DNA of 64,000 nucleotides from an uncultured Muribaculaceae bacterium (GCA_964536025.1 CAZHXA010000002.1:14684-78683), one strand, 5' to 3'. Shown: positions 38,182 through 48,079, counted from the stretch's first letter. The notes: generated from the letters alone by a model not told the origin. A program made the numbers and translations.

Positions 38182-38189
38182 TAACTTTG
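38182..38189 (+). promoter_or_regulatory. -7 box TAACTTTG for purT
   Basis: Exact match 40 nt upstream of the ATG at 38229. Confidence 0.5.
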
Positions 38190-38228
38190 TATTTTAAATA
38201 CCAAACTTTTAAACTAAAAAGAAAACTT

Positions 38229-39425
38229 ATGGCTAAAATAGGCTCTGTAATGACCGGCGTGGGTCGCAAAGCCCTACTGCTTGGCAGTGGAGAACTCGGT
38301 AAGGAAGTTGCAATCGAACTTATGCGTCTTGGTGTTGAAGTGGTGGCGTGTGATAAATATCCTAACGCTCCAGCTATGCAAGTGGCACATCATTTCCATG
38401 TTTTTAATATGCTTGATGGGGAAAAACTTAGGGAAATAATTGAATTGGAACGTCCCGATCACATAATACCCGAAGTGGAAGCTATTGCTACTCCGGAACT
38501 TGTAGAACTTGAAAAAGAGGGGTATAATGTTACTCCTACAGCCAATGCTGCTTGGCTTACTATGAACCGAGAGGGAATTCGTCGTCTTGCTGCCGAAGAT
38601 CTTGGCATAAAAACTTCTCGCTATAAATTTGCTTCTACTGAAGAGGAATTTCTTCGTGCAGTGGAAGAAATAGGTATTCCTTGTGTGGTTAAACCGATAA
38701 TGAGTTCTTCCGGTCATGGACAAAGTACAATAAAGAAACAAGAAGATGTAAGCTCTGCGTGGCAAATAGCTCAAGAAGGCGGTCGTGCTGGTGCCGGTAG
38801 AGTGATTGTGGAAGGATTTGTAGATTTTGATTATGAAATAACTCTTCTCACAGTGAGAAGTATAGCCGGAACACAATATTGTGAGCCGATAGGACACATT
38901 CAAGTTGATGGTGATTATCGATATTCATGGCAACCACAACCTATGACGCCTGCGGCATTACTAAAAGCACAGGAAATAGCGAAAAAAGTTACCGATGCTC
39001 TTGGCGGTTATGGAATCTTTGGCGTGGAAATGTTCATAAAAGAAGATGATGTGATTTTCAGTGAAGTGTCTCCACGTCCTCATGACACAGGTATGGTTAC
39101 CATGATTTCACAAGATCAAAGTGAATTTGCTCTTCATGCACGAGCTTTGCTTGGGCTTCCGGTTCCTTCTATTAAATTTTATGGCCCGTCGGCTTCTCGT
39201 GCTGTGGTTGTTGAGGGTGAAACAAATCGTGTTGAATTTGATAACTTAGAACAAGTGTTGTCGGAATCCGGTGTGCAGATGAGAATTTTTGGAAAACCTG
39301 AAGTAAATGGTCATCGTCGCATGGGTGTAATTCTTGCAACCGATGAGGATGTTGAGTCAGCTCGCAAAAAGGTAGAAAGAGCCTATAATGCTCTTGTAGT
39401 TAATGTGCTTTCTCGTGGTGAATGA
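38229..39425 (+). CDS. purT: formate-dependent phosphoribosylglycinamide formyltransferase
   Basis: Start re-called to the ATG at 38229. ATP-grasp fold with a PurT-type N-terminus ([15 protein letters not shown]). Confidence 0.9.
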   Translation: MAKIGSVMTGVGRKALLLGSGELGKEVAIELMRLGVEVVACDKYPNAPAMQVAHHFHVFNMLDGEKLREIIELERPDHIIPEVEAIATPELVELEKEGYNVTPTANAAWLTMNREGIRRLAAEDLGIKTSRYKFASTEEEFLRAVEEIGIPCVVKPIMSSSGHGQSTIKKQEDVSSAWQIAQEGGRAGAGRVIVEGFVDFDYEITLLTVRSIAGTQYCEPIGHIQVDGDYRYSWQPQPMTPAALLKAQEIAKKVTDALGGYGIFGVEMFIKEDDVIFSEVSPRPHDTGMVTMISQDQSEFALHARALLGLPVPSIKFYGPSASRAVVVEGETNRVEFDNLEQVLSESGVQMRIFGKPEVNGHRRMGVILATDEDVESARKKVERAYNALVVNVLSRGE

Positions 39426-39452
39426 TTGATTAATTTATTTAATATATAGCAT

Positions 39453-39484
39453 AAAAAAGACTTCCTATTGGGAAGTCTTTTTTA
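39453..39484. terminator. bidirectional terminator between purT and the TlpA-like gene
   Basis: AAAAGACTTCC-TATTG-GGAAGTCTTTT with flanking A and T runs. Confidence 0.8.
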
Positions 39485-39509
39485 TATGTTTTATTTTGAA
39501 ACGAGTTTA

Positions 39510-40514
39510 TTATTTGTTCATTTCAGCATCAACTGTGGCTTTCAAGTCCTCTCCTTGTTTACCACGAGAAATGATAGTTCCGTCGGGAGAGAATAATATG
39601 ATGTGGGGAATGCCTGAAATTCCATATAGGTCGGTAGGAATGGCTTGTGCATCAAGAATTACTGGCCATTCAATATTTAATTCTTCCATAGCCTTCTTAG
39701 TGTCTTCAACTTTATCCCACACTGCAACACCAAGCACGGTCAAGCCGTTATTTTTGTGCTTGTCAAGAATTTGCTTTATAACAGGAATTTCTCTACGGCA
39801 AGGACCACACCAACTTGCCCAAAAATCAACTAAAACGTAGTTGCCTTTTCCTACAAAATCGGAAAGTTTTTGTTCGGTACCATCGGCAGCCTTAATTGTG
39901 AAATCTGTAAATGGTTTGCCTTCACCTGTAAGTTCCAATTGGTTGAATGCTTTTACTTGTTTTGCAATTCGGTCGTAATTTATATAGTTTGCTGGTGCAT
40001 TAGCTAATGCAGAATCAAGTTGTGCTTTGTTTTCATATTTGTAGAACATTGATTGAACGAAAGCATAATAACCTACAGGATTTTCCTTATTTGCTTCGTA
40101 GTTTTTGTCAAGAGTGTTAATGAAGTTTACAAACTTAACAGAGTCGTTAACTGTAATATCTTTCATTACGGCTCCCAATTCGTTGTTGAATTCTTCAAAT
40201 TTTGCATTCAATGGAGTTCCTGAAGCCTTTCCTAAAGTATCAATTGTTATATCACCCGGTTCAACGATGAATTGCATGCGACCTTTGCCTGTAGCAAGTC
40301 TTGCAACAAAAGGGGTGTCTACAACGCCTTCAAAGCGAACGCATTGATTGTTTATTTTGGCACTGTCAAGCGTTTCTCCGTTGTCGTAATTCATAAGGTA
40401 AACTGTATTGCCGTCATTATCGGCGTTTTTAAATACTGCAGTTACTGAGTACTTGTTGTTTTCGCATGACATCATGGTTAATGTTGCCAATGCCATAAAA
40501 AATAATTTTTTCAT
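39510..40514 (-). CDS. TlpA-family thiol:disulfide oxidoreductase lipoprotein (N-terminal DUF4369-like domain plus thioredoxin fold)
   Basis: Lipobox LTMMSC and the WASWCGPC active site. Confidence 0.85.
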   Translation of the reverse strand: MKKLFFMALATLTMMSCENNKYSVTAVFKNADNDGNTVYLMNYDNGETLDSAKINNQCVRFEGVVDTPFVARLATGKGRMQFIVEPGDITIDTLGKASGTPLNAKFEEFNNELGAVMKDITVNDSVKFVNFINTLDKNYEANKENPVGYYAFVQSMFYKYENKAQLDSALANAPANYINYDRIAKQVKAFNQLELTGEGKPFTDFTIKAADGTEQKLSDFVGKGNYVLVDFWASWCGPCRREIPVIKQILDKHKNNGLTVLGVAVWDKVEDTKKAMEELNIEWPVILDAQAIPTDLYGISGIPHIILFSPDGTIISRGKQGEDLKATVDAEMNK

Positions 40515-40553
40515 TTGATTTTGTTTATTTATTGTGATTTATTTTCTTGTTGG

Positions 40554-40561
40554 CAAAGATA
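40554..40561 (-). promoter_or_regulatory. -7 box TATCTTTG for the TlpA-like gene
   Basis: CAAAGATA on the plus strand, 40 nt upstream of the ATG at 40514. Confidence 0.5.
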
Positions 40562-40865
40562 CATAAGCATTTTGATTTATAATGCTCAAATTTATTATTT
40601 TTTGGCAACGGTTTCCTAATTTTTTTTGAAAGGTAGGTATATAAAAAATCAAATCCTCGACTCACGCCGAAGATCCTCATTCAGTATTAATCTTTTAATA
40701 CTATTTACATAAACCATAAAACTAAATCTTTAAAACTAATGTCATCTCGACATTTGGTTTTAGAATAACCTTAAAACTATTACCATGAAAACTTGATGCA
40801 AAAGTAATACTTTTATGTTATATAACATAATTTATGCTGAATAAAATACTCTTATATAACATCTT

Positions 40866-40907
40866 TTAACTAAAATGAGCCGAAATTATACAGAATTTGG
40901 CTCATTT
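40866..40907 (-). terminator. terminator of the murI-DUF4465 unit
   Basis: AAATGAGCCGAAATT-ATACAG-AATTTGGCTCATTT with a T run on the minus strand. Confidence 0.6.
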
Positions 40908-40923
40908 CATATCGTTTTTGTGA

Positions 40924-41709
40924 TTAAATGGCTTTTATTGTCAATCGATCAATTGCAAAAAAAGTTGGAGTGTTTATGCCCCATTGTCCCTTGTCGCTTG
41001 AGTCCATTTGGAAATAGATACCAACAACTTCGCCAAGTTCTTCAAGATTTACATATTCCCACGTGTTTACCGGTTTTGAGTTTTCATTGGTGTAATTTGC
41101 CAAATCGAATGTTACAGGACCGGTTTTCGTTCCGTTAGCTGTAATTCCATAGATAAGCAGACGAAAGTAATCTCCTGTAGTAAATACTTTGGAATAAGCC
41201 GAACCGTTTATCATTGTATAATAAGCATAAGTGGTGTTTGTAACATAAACCGATTGCGGAATGAATGTGTTTACATTCGTGATTGCTTTGTAAGAGATTG
41301 TACACGATGCAGAATTTAACTCTATATTATTGGATTCGCTTGAATTCCAGTAAGAAACGAAATAAGGTGTTCCTGTTCCCGATAATCCACCTCCGGTGAT
41401 GGCTGTGTTTTGATGTTCCAGCCAAGAGAATGGTTCTGAATAATCGTTGGTGTCATTGTTTCGAGAAGCAATAAATCCACTCCAAAAATTATAATCAGGC
41501 ATTGCTTCGTGAGAAAACACCAAGTCTTGAGATATTATTTTTGAACCTTCGGTCACTGCTTCGTTCCACACACCATTATCATCGTAGGATAATTGCGTTT
41601 GATTTAAGAAAACAGTAATAGTGTTGTTGTCATCATCATTTTTGTCACATGAAGTTAAAACTAATGCAACAAAAAGAAAATAAAGTGAAAATTTAATTAA
41701 TTTGTTCAT
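40924..41709 (-). CDS. lipoprotein, DUF4465-like
   Basis: Lipobox ALVLTSC. The segments FSHE...NFWSGFIASRNNDTND and TGGG...PYFVSYW resemble DUF4465; this assignment is from memory. Confidence 0.5.
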   Translation of the reverse strand: MNKLIKFSLYFLFVALVLTSCDKNDDDNNTITVFLNQTQLSYDDNGVWNEAVTEGSKIISQDLVFSHEAMPDYNFWSGFIASRNNDTNDYSEPFSWLEHQNTAITGGGLSGTGTPYFVSYWNSSESNNIELNSASCTISYKAITNVNTFIPQSVYVTNTTYAYYTMINGSAYSKVFTTGDYFRLLIYGITANGTKTGPVTFDLANYTNENSKPVNTWEYVNLEELGEVVGIYFQMDSSDKGQWGINTPTFFAIDRLTIKAI

Positions 41710-41714
41710 GGGTT

Positions 41715-42551
41715 TTATAAATTTATATGTTTTGATTTGATTTGTTCTTTAAGAAATACCGAAGCCATTCCATTGAATTTATCTTCGTCTTCGGTGGTTA
41801 GATAAGTGCAAGTTCCGTTTTTTGAACATTTGTTTTCGATTTCGATATGACGTTGCAAATAACTACTCAAACTGTCAGCCACAATACCTCCTTGCTCAAT
41901 AATTTGTATATCTTTGGGCATGTATTGTCGTATTTTATTTATTAATAAAGGATAATGTGTACAGCCTAAAATAACGCTGTCGATGTTATTGTTGAGAGAT
42001 AGTAATTCGTTGATATATTTTTTTACGAAATAATCGGCACCATCTTCATTAGCTTCAAGATTTTCCACAAGAGGAACCCATAAAGGGCAGCTTTGGGAAT
42101 AAACATTGAAAGAAGGATATAATTTGCTTATTTCCATGTCGTAAGATTTGCTTTGAATGGTTCCGCTTGTTCCTAAAATGCCTATATTTCCAGATTGTGA
42201 AATTTCTCCTATTTTTTCGACGGTAGGGCGTATTACGCCTAAAACACGTTTGTGTGTGTCAATTTTTGGAAGGTCGTTTTGTTGAATTGTTCTAAGTGCT
42301 TTAGCTGAAGCTGTATTACAAGCAAGAATTACAAGATTGCATCCATGTTCAAACAGATATTTAACAGCTTCGAGAGTGAATCGATAAACAATATTGAACG
42401 ATCTAGGACCATAAGGAGCACGGGCATTATCTCCTAAATATAAATAGTCGTATTGTGGTAATTTTTCTCTTATTGCGTTTAGAATCGTGAGACCTCCATA
42501 TCCTGAATCAAAAACCCCTATCGGACCTATATTGACGTTGTTTTGTTCCAT
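41715..42551 (-). CDS. murI: glutamate racemase
   Basis: Start re-called to the ATG at 42551. Motifs GVFDSGYGGLT, ACNTASA and GCTHYP. Confidence 0.9.
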   Translation of the reverse strand: MEQNNVNIGPIGVFDSGYGGLTILNAIREKLPQYDYLYLGDNARAPYGPRSFNIVYRFTLEAVKYLFEHGCNLVILACNTASAKALRTIQQNDLPKIDTHKRVLGVIRPTVEKIGEISQSGNIGILGTSGTIQSKSYDMEISKLYPSFNVYSQSCPLWVPLVENLEANEDGADYFVKKYINELLSLNNNIDSVILGCTHYPLLINKIRQYMPKDIQIIEQGGIVADSLSSYLQRHIEIENKCSKNGTCTYLTTEDEDKFNGMASVFLKEQIKSKHINL

Positions 42552-42569
42552 AGTGATGTATTTTTTTTG

Positions 42570-42577
42570 CAAAGATA
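42570..42577 (-). promoter_or_regulatory. -7 box TATCTTTG for murI
   Basis: CAAAGATA on the plus strand, 19 nt upstream of the ATG at 42551. It lies inside the spurious N-terminal extension of the track ORF. Confidence 0.5.
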
Positions 42578-42753
42578 GTTGATTTAAATTTAAAATAGAA
42601 AAATCATAAATTTCATGTAATATGATATTTGTGGTTAACACAATTTTTTTACATTTCTACTAAAGATAATGTATTGACAAAGGTGATAATAACGTTATAC
42701 TTTGTATAAGTCTGTTACTCTGAATGAAAAAGTAATTATGGATAGGAAAAAGT

Positions 42754-42785
42754 TTTGCTAAATTGGGAAAAAAACAGTAACTTTG
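42754..42785 (+). promoter_or_regulatory. rplS promoter (TTTG-N20-TAACTTTG)
   Basis: TTTG at 42754..42757 and TAACTTTGCA at 42778..42787. Confidence 0.6.
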
Positions 42786-42870
42786 CACCGCTTTTACAAT
42801 CGCTGGCAGGAAAATGAGTGGCCTGTTATGTTGTAAGGGTTTATGTAAAACATTTTTAATTTAACAAGAA

Positions 42871-43239
42871 ATGGTAGACTTAATTAAGGTCGCAGAAGAC
42901 GCTTTCGCTACAGGAAAGCAACATCCTGAATTTAACGCAGGTGATACAATCACAGTAGCTTATCGTATTAAAGAAGGTAACAAAGAACGTATACAGCAAT
43001 ATCGTGGTGTTGTTATCAAAGTTACTGGAGAAGGAGCAAAGAAGCGTTTCACAGTGCGTAAAATCAGTGACAACGGTGTAGGTGTAGAAAGAATTTTCCC
43101 AATGGAATCTCCTTTCATTGACAGCATCACTGTAAACCGTTATGGTAAAGTGCGTCGTGCAAAACTTTATTACTTGCGTGCTCTTACAGGTAAGAAAGCT
43201 CGTATTAAAGAACGTCGCGTAATCAACAAGGAAGCGTAA
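42871..43239 (+). CDS. rplS: 50S ribosomal protein L19
   Basis: 122 aa. Conserved segments F..GDT..V...I.EG.KERIQ.Y.GVVI and RRAKLYYLR. Confidence 0.95.
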   Translation: MVDLIKVAEDAFATGKQHPEFNAGDTITVAYRIKEGNKERIQQYRGVVIKVTGEGAKKRFTVRKISDNGVGVERIFPMESPFIDSITVNRYGKVRRAKLYYLRALTGKKARIKERRVINKEA

Positions 43240-43273
43240 GAAAAAATCAAGCTAACTTTATAAAAAAGCTATT

Positions 43274-43307
43274 CTATCATATAGGATAGCTTTTTTTGTG
43301 TTTATAT
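43274..43307 (+). terminator. rho-independent terminator of rplS
   Basis: AAAAGCTATTCTAT-CAT-ATAGGATAGCTTTT followed by a T run. Confidence 0.8.
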
Positions 43308-43368
43308 CTCAAATTTTGGCTTGGTAGATATTTAGAGGGAATAGAGTTTTGGTATTTATTTGTATATT

Positions 43369-43406
43369 AAAAAAGAAAGTGCGGTTATTTTAATGACAAC
43401 CGCACT
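43369..43406 (-). terminator. terminator of the DUF2795 gene
   Basis: AGTGCGGTT-N11-AACCGCACT, followed by TTCTTTTTT on the minus strand. Confidence 0.7.
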
Positions 43407-43434
43407 CACTTTGCTTTATAAGCAGTATTCCTTC

Positions 43435-43656
43435 TTAATATTCTTCTTCGTCGAAGAAGAAGTCGTCTTTGCTTGGATAATCAGGCCAAATGTCTTCTAT
43501 ACATTCATAAGTATCGCCTTCATCTTCCATTTCTTGTAGATTTTCAATTACTTCAAGAGGTGCACCCGAACGCATTGCATAATCAATAAGCTCTTCTTTT
43601 GTTGCGGGCCATGGTGCATCTTCAAGTTTTGTAGCAAGTTCCAATGTCCAATACAT
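43435..43656 (-). CDS. DUF2795 domain protein
   Basis: 73 aa. L.DA.WPATKEELIDYA ... V.ENL is typical of DUF2795. Acidic tail. Confidence 0.7.
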   Translation of the reverse strand: MYWTLELATKLEDAPWPATKEELIDYAMRSGAPLEVIENLQEMEDEGDTYECIEDIWPDYPSKDDFFFDEEEY

Positions 43657-43726
43657 AACTATTCTTTTAAATTTGATTTTATTTCGGTGTTTTTTTGCCC
43701 TTTTTAAGGACTTTATAAATTTCGCG

Positions 43727-43734
43727 CAAAAATA
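43727..43734 (-). promoter_or_regulatory. -7 box TATTTTTG for the DUF2795 gene
   Basis: CAAAAATA on the plus strand. Confidence 0.4.
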
Positions 43735-43750
43735 CGGAATATTTGGATAG

Positions 43751-44308
43751 TTAGCACTTCTTATTCCATAAATTTTCAGGAATTTCTCGCTTTATATTGT
43801 TAAATCTTGCAAAAACGAAGAAAAAATCGCTCAAACGATTCAAATATTTCACTATGAGGGGAGAAATATAGCTTTCGTCCGACAATTCAACCACACGTCG
43901 TTCGGCTCGGCGTGTGGTTGTGCGACATAAATCAGATAAAGATGCTTCCATACAGCCTCCGGGAAGAACAAAGTTGTTTACCACAGGCAATTTGTCTTGT
44001 ATCTTGTCAATAGCATCTTCTATTTTTTTTATGTCTTCTTCGTTTAATCCAAATGGTGCGGTTTCATTGTTCTCCGGGTTGTCTGTTGCGAGGTAGCAAC
44101 CTATGTTAAATAATTTGTTTTGCATTATAGCCAAGAAGTCGTTCCATTCTTGTGATGTTGACTTTATGATAGCCGATAACATTCCTACGCACGAATTAAC
44201 TTCATCTATTGTTCCGTAGGCTTCGATGCGTAAGCCATATTTTTTGATTCTTTTTCCTCCTACGAGTGATGTGGTTCCTGTGTCGCCACCTTTGGTGTAA
44301 ACTTTCAT
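43751..44308 (-). CDS. ATP:cob(I)alamin adenosyltransferase, PduO type
   Basis: N-terminus is YTKGGDTGTTSL, 185 aa. Confidence 0.85.
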   Translation of the reverse strand: MKVYTKGGDTGTTSLVGGKRIKKYGLRIEAYGTIDEVNSCVGMLSAIIKSTSQEWNDFLAIMQNKLFNIGCYLATDNPENNETAPFGLNEEDIKKIEDAIDKIQDKLPVVNNFVLPGGCMEASLSDLCRTTTRRAERRVVELSDESYISPLIVKYLNRLSDFFFVFARFNNIKREIPENLWNKKC

Positions 44309-44324
44309 TTTTTTGTGTTGTGTT

Positions 44325-44870
44325 TTATTTGGTTAATTTTTCAAGTTCGTTCAGCATTTCGGTAACTGTTTTTACTTCTGCTATAGACTTCATGATGTCG
44401 CCATGAGCAAACGGAGAAGTGGCAGTTGTGGCTATTTGCTTGATTTGCCAATCAAAAACACCGTTCATGTTTACTATGATGATTTTTTTGTCGTTGGCTG
44501 CAGATATGTTGTGTGATAACGTTGCAAGGAACTCGTCAAGAGTACCTATGCCTCCGGGTAATACCACAAATACGTCGCCTGTTTCAATCATGTGTGCTTT
44601 GCGGTCGTTTAGGTCGGTGGTGGTGATTAGTTCATCGTTTAGCTCCGAACGACGATATAAAAACATTTTCGGGATTATGCCTACCACACGTCCGCCGTTG
44701 TCGTGAGTGGCTTGTGCCGTGATACGCATCAAGCCGGCGTGTACGCCTCCGTAAATGAGTGAAAAACCGTTTATTCCTATCCATTTGCCGAGTTCTTCGG
44801 CACAGTATTTATATTCTTGAGGTATGTTTTCTCTTGAAGAACAATATACTGTTATATTTTTGTTTTCCAT
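44325..44870 (-). CDS. LOG-family (TIGR00730) nucleotide 5'-monophosphate nucleosidase
   Basis: PGGIGTLDE motif, GGVHAGLM motif, 181 aa. Confidence 0.85.
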   Translation of the reverse strand: MENKNITVYCSSRENIPQEYKYCAEELGKWIGINGFSLIYGGVHAGLMRITAQATHDNGGRVVGIIPKMFLYRRSELNDELITTTDLNDRKAHMIETGDVFVVLPGGIGTLDEFLATLSHNISAANDKKIIIVNMNGVFDWQIKQIATTATSPFAHGDIMKSIAEVKTVTEMLNELEKLTK

Positions 44871-44887
44871 TTATTTTCCCTTTCCGA

Positions 44888-45913
44888 TTATAAATAACTG
44901 ATAAGTTCATCAACTTGTTCATCGGTTGTTGCCCAACTTGTGGCAAATCTTATAACAGAGTGATTGGCTCCCACTTTTTCTATGAAGTTAAATCCTACGT
45001 TTTTGGCTAACTCGGCAACTTTGGAGTCTTCAAATACCACGAATTGTTGGTTGGTTGTAGAATCAAGATATATGGGGTATCCTTTTTCTTCGATAGCTTT
45101 GCGTAGTCGCATGGCTTGTTTTACACCGTTTTCTGATATTTTTAAATATAAATCGTCGGTGAATAATGTATCAAATTGAATTCCGAGCAACCAACCTTTT
45201 GCAAGTAGTCCGCAGCGGTTTTTTATGGAGCCTCTTGTCATGTGTATGTCTTTGTTCAATATTACCACAGCTTCGCCAAATAAGGCACCTACTTTGGTCC
45301 CTCCTATATAGAAAGCATCGCAAAGTCGAGCCATGTCGGGCAAAGTTACATCGTTGTCGGGAGCAGTTAAAGCATATCCGAGACGGGCACCATCTATATA
45401 AAGCATTTGATTATATTTGTTGCACACTTTTCTTATATCGTATAGTTCGGCAAGTGAATATATGGTACCATATTCGGTGGGGTTGGATATATACACCATT
45501 TTAGGCACAACGACGTGTTCTTCTCCGTAAGCATCCGAAGTAGCTTCTTTCAAGTATTGTGCTAAAGCCATAGCCGAGATTTTACCTTCTTTGCAGTCCA
45601 TAGGCAACACGCGATGACCGCAAGCCTCAATGGCTCCGGCTTCGTGTAGAAATATGTGTCCGCTTTGAGGTGAAATTACCCCTTCGTTATGTCTTAAGAT
45701 AGAATCTATCACGATGGCATTGGTTTGAGTCCCTCCCACGAGAAAGTGAATTCTCGCATCGGGTGCATTGCATGCTCTTGCAATTTTTTCGCGAGCCGAA
45801 GCACAATAATCATCGTGTCCGTATCCCGGATTTTTGTCAAAATTGATTTCAGAAAGACGTTTAAGAATGGCAGGATGTGCACCTTCCATATAATCGCTGT
45901 TGAACTTTACCAT
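44888..45913 (-). CDS. ltaE: low-specificity L-threonine aldolase / beta-eliminating lyase family (PLP-dependent)
   Basis: Start re-called to the ATG at 45913 (MVKFNSDYMEGAHP). GGTQTN and the GGTKVG PLP-lysine region. Confidence 0.75.
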   Translation of the reverse strand: MVKFNSDYMEGAHPAILKRLSEINFDKNPGYGHDDYCASAREKIARACNAPDARIHFLVGGTQTNAIVIDSILRHNEGVISPQSGHIFLHEAGAIEACGHRVLPMDCKEGKISAMALAQYLKEATSDAYGEEHVVVPKMVYISNPTEYGTIYSLAELYDIRKVCNKYNQMLYIDGARLGYALTAPDNDVTLPDMARLCDAFYIGGTKVGALFGEAVVILNKDIHMTRGSIKNRCGLLAKGWLLGIQFDTLFTDDLYLKISENGVKQAMRLRKAIEEKGYPIYLDSTTNQQFVVFEDSKVAELAKNVGFNFIEKVGANHSVIRFATSWATTDEQVDELISYL

Positions 45914-46030
45914 AAGTATCTTATTTTCTTGATAAAAAGACCGAAAGAATATTCTTGTGTTATATTTTCTTCGGTTTGATATATATTGTGCGAAATTACA
46001 AAAAATCATGAAAAATAGGGCTTGACTTGA

Positions 46031-46066
46031 TATAAAAAAAGACCGATTCATCACGAACCGGTCTTT
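46031..46066 (-). terminator. terminator-like hairpin in the ldcA-ltaE gap
   Basis: AAAGACCG-N13-CGGTCTTT with a T7 run on the minus strand. Lies 227 nt after the ldcA stop and 118 nt before the ltaE start. Confidence 0.5.
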
Positions 46067-46292
46067 AAAACCTAATAATTAACCTTAAAATATAAATCTA
46101 ATGCTTATGAAATACAATGCAAAAGTAATATTGTTTTGAAAAAAATGCAATAGTTTATGTTAAAAACAATCGTAATTTAACTTTTAAAGTGTTAATCCGT
46201 CTTTAGTCTGTATTATGATGATAAATAATAAAAAAAGAGTACCACAAGATTTTTCTTGCAGTATACTTCATGTCTAAAACACGATCTCTTAT

Positions 46293-47300
46293 TTACTTTT
46301 GGAAAGTGAGAGATGCTCCTTTTTTCTTAACTTCGAGGGTTACTGTTGCTCCTTCTATCATAGGGTAGTTTTCGTCAACGTGACCTACCGGGAAATTGAA
46401 TGCGATAGGAATGTTGTAACCTTTTAGTTCTTCATTTAACATATCTTCCATCTTTTTGAAGTCTCCGTTAGGGCTGTAATCGGTGAATTGTCCCACAATA
46501 ATGCCTTTTACCTTGTCAAGGATTCCGAGCAATTTCATTTGTTGTATCATGCGATTAACGCTTGAAGTGTTTTCGCTCACGTCTTCGATGAAAAGTATGA
46601 TGTTATCGTTTTGTAAAAAGTCATATTTAGAGCCTATCATTCCGCAAAAAACAGATAAATTACCTCCTACGAGCATACCTGTAGCTTTACCGTAGTGGTT
46701 ATATTTGTGTGACGGAATTTCATATTTAGGAACACCTCCGGCAAGAATGTTGCGTAGTGCAAGGCTGCAAGAGTCCGGTTTGTCGGGATTGTCGCTGAAT
46801 AATTTCTCTACTTCTTTTTCATATAAATATCCACACATGTGTGCGTGAATGCTCATCACACCGCTATTCACCATAGCAGAATGCACCGATGTTATATCGC
46901 TGTAGCCGATAATCCATTTTGGATATTTTGCAAGTGTGTCAAGAGGAATTTCTTGAAGTTGTTGTATTGAGCCATACCCACCGCGAGTGCTCATAATGGC
47001 TTTAATCTCAGGGTTGCGTAATGCCCAAAGCATGTCGTTTTTACGTTGTTCTGGTGTTCCAGCAAAAGAACCATGTTTCGCTCCCACATTAGGAGCAAGG
47101 ACTGGAGTATATCCCCATTCTTTCAATACTTTCATTCCTGCTTTTGCATACTTTGAGTTAGGAACGCTTGCCATGCTTAATATAGCGATTTTATCGCCTG
47201 GTTTTAAAGCCTTTGGGCGTACCATTTTTTTGTTTTGTGCAACGCTTGCAATCGAAAATCCTACGAGTGCGACAAGCATGATTAAAAACTTCTTTTTCAT
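46293..47300 (-). CDS. ldcA: LD-carboxypeptidase (peptidase S66), secreted/periplasmic
   Basis: Signal peptide, GYSDIT nucleophile motif, and the family C-terminal His/Glu region. Confidence 0.8.
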   Translation of the reverse strand: MKKKFLIMLVALVGFSIASVAQNKKMVRPKALKPGDKIAILSMASVPNSKYAKAGMKVLKEWGYTPVLAPNVGAKHGSFAGTPEQRKNDMLWALRNPEIKAIMSTRGGYGSIQQLQEIPLDTLAKYPKWIIGYSDITSVHSAMVNSGVMSIHAHMCGYLYEKEVEKLFSDNPDKPDSCSLALRNILAGGVPKYEIPSHKYNHYGKATGMLVGGNLSVFCGMIGSKYDFLQNDNIILFIEDVSENTSSVNRMIQQMKLLGILDKVKGIIVGQFTDYSPNGDFKKMEDMLNEELKGYNIPIAFNFPVGHVDENYPMIEGATVTLEVKKKGASLTFQK

Positions 47301-47341
47301 AGTAATCGTATTGTTTTTATTATTAAGTAATATATTTATTA

Positions 47342-48079
47342 TTAGACGATAAAGCTTACTTCTTTAAACGCGTATTGTTTTTTAATACCGTCAGCGTCTT
47401 CAAGTATAAGCATGCCCGATGGCTCTACTTCTATGATTTTTGCTGAAAAGTGTATGCCGTTGGGTAGGGCAAATGAGTGTTCTTTGCCATCATTTCTATA
47501 TAGATGCGATAAATATTCTCGGTGCAGTTTTTCAAAATAAGATGTATCTGCGTTTTCAAACGCACAGTTACGTTCTATTGCTTCGCACGTTTTGTGCAAA
47601 ATATCTTCCACAGGCACATCGTTTCCTATAATTTGCGAAAGAGATACAGGATTGGGGGCATCACTTAAGAATTGTTTTTGATTCACATTTATGCCAAGTC
47701 CCAAAATGGAATAGTTGATTGATTGCCCCATGATAGAGTGTTCAATGAGTATTCCACACACCTTTTTATCTTTGTAATAAATGTCGTTAGGCCATTTAAT
47801 AGTAAATCCATCGGCATATTGTGATAATGTATCGATAACCGCAAGCGACACAGCTTCACTTATGTAAAATTGTTGAGGTATTGCAATTTTAGGATTTTTT
47901 AGAAGCATTGAAAAAATTGCATTTTTTCCGTGTTCCGATTCCCATGAGTTTCCTCGTTGACCGCGTCCGGCTGTTTGATTGGGCGTGTGTATAACAGTAC
48001 CCGATGGCAAAATCGAAGCCATCTTGTTCAAATAAGAATTGGTTGAAGCTGTGCTATGTACAAGAATGTATCTTGGCAT
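47342..48079 (-). CDS. birA: biotin--[acetyl-CoA-carboxylase] ligase (no N-terminal HTH)
   Basis: QTAGRGQRGNSW motif, 245 aa. Confidence 0.85.
   Translation of the reverse strand: MPRYILVHSTASTNSYLNKMASILPSGTVIHTPNQTAGRGQRGNSWESEHGKNAIFSMLLKNPKIAIPQQFYISEAVSLAVIDTLSQYADGFTIKWPNDIYYKDKKVCGILIEHSIMGQSINYSILGLGINVNQKQFLSDAPNPVSLSQIIGNDVPVEDILHKTCEAIERNCAFENADTSYFEKLHREYLSHLYRNDGKEHSFALPNGIHFSAKIIEVEPSGMLILEDADGIKKQYAFKEVSFIV

Noticed and set aside
40620-40865. AT-rich 250-bp stretch between the TlpA-like gene and the DUF4465 terminator, as a possible ncRNA or riboswitch.
   Set aside because: It contains only one short hairpin (AATGTC-ATCTC-GACATT). It has no promoter box and no similarity to any RNA family I can recognise, so the evidence is insufficient.
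43751-44324. Cobalamin riboswitch near the PduO-type adenosyltransferase gene or the DUF4465-like gene.
   Set aside because: The upstream gaps are only 16 nt and 5 nt, so both genes are internal to operons. I saw no B12-box-like sequence in the neighbouring intergenic regions.
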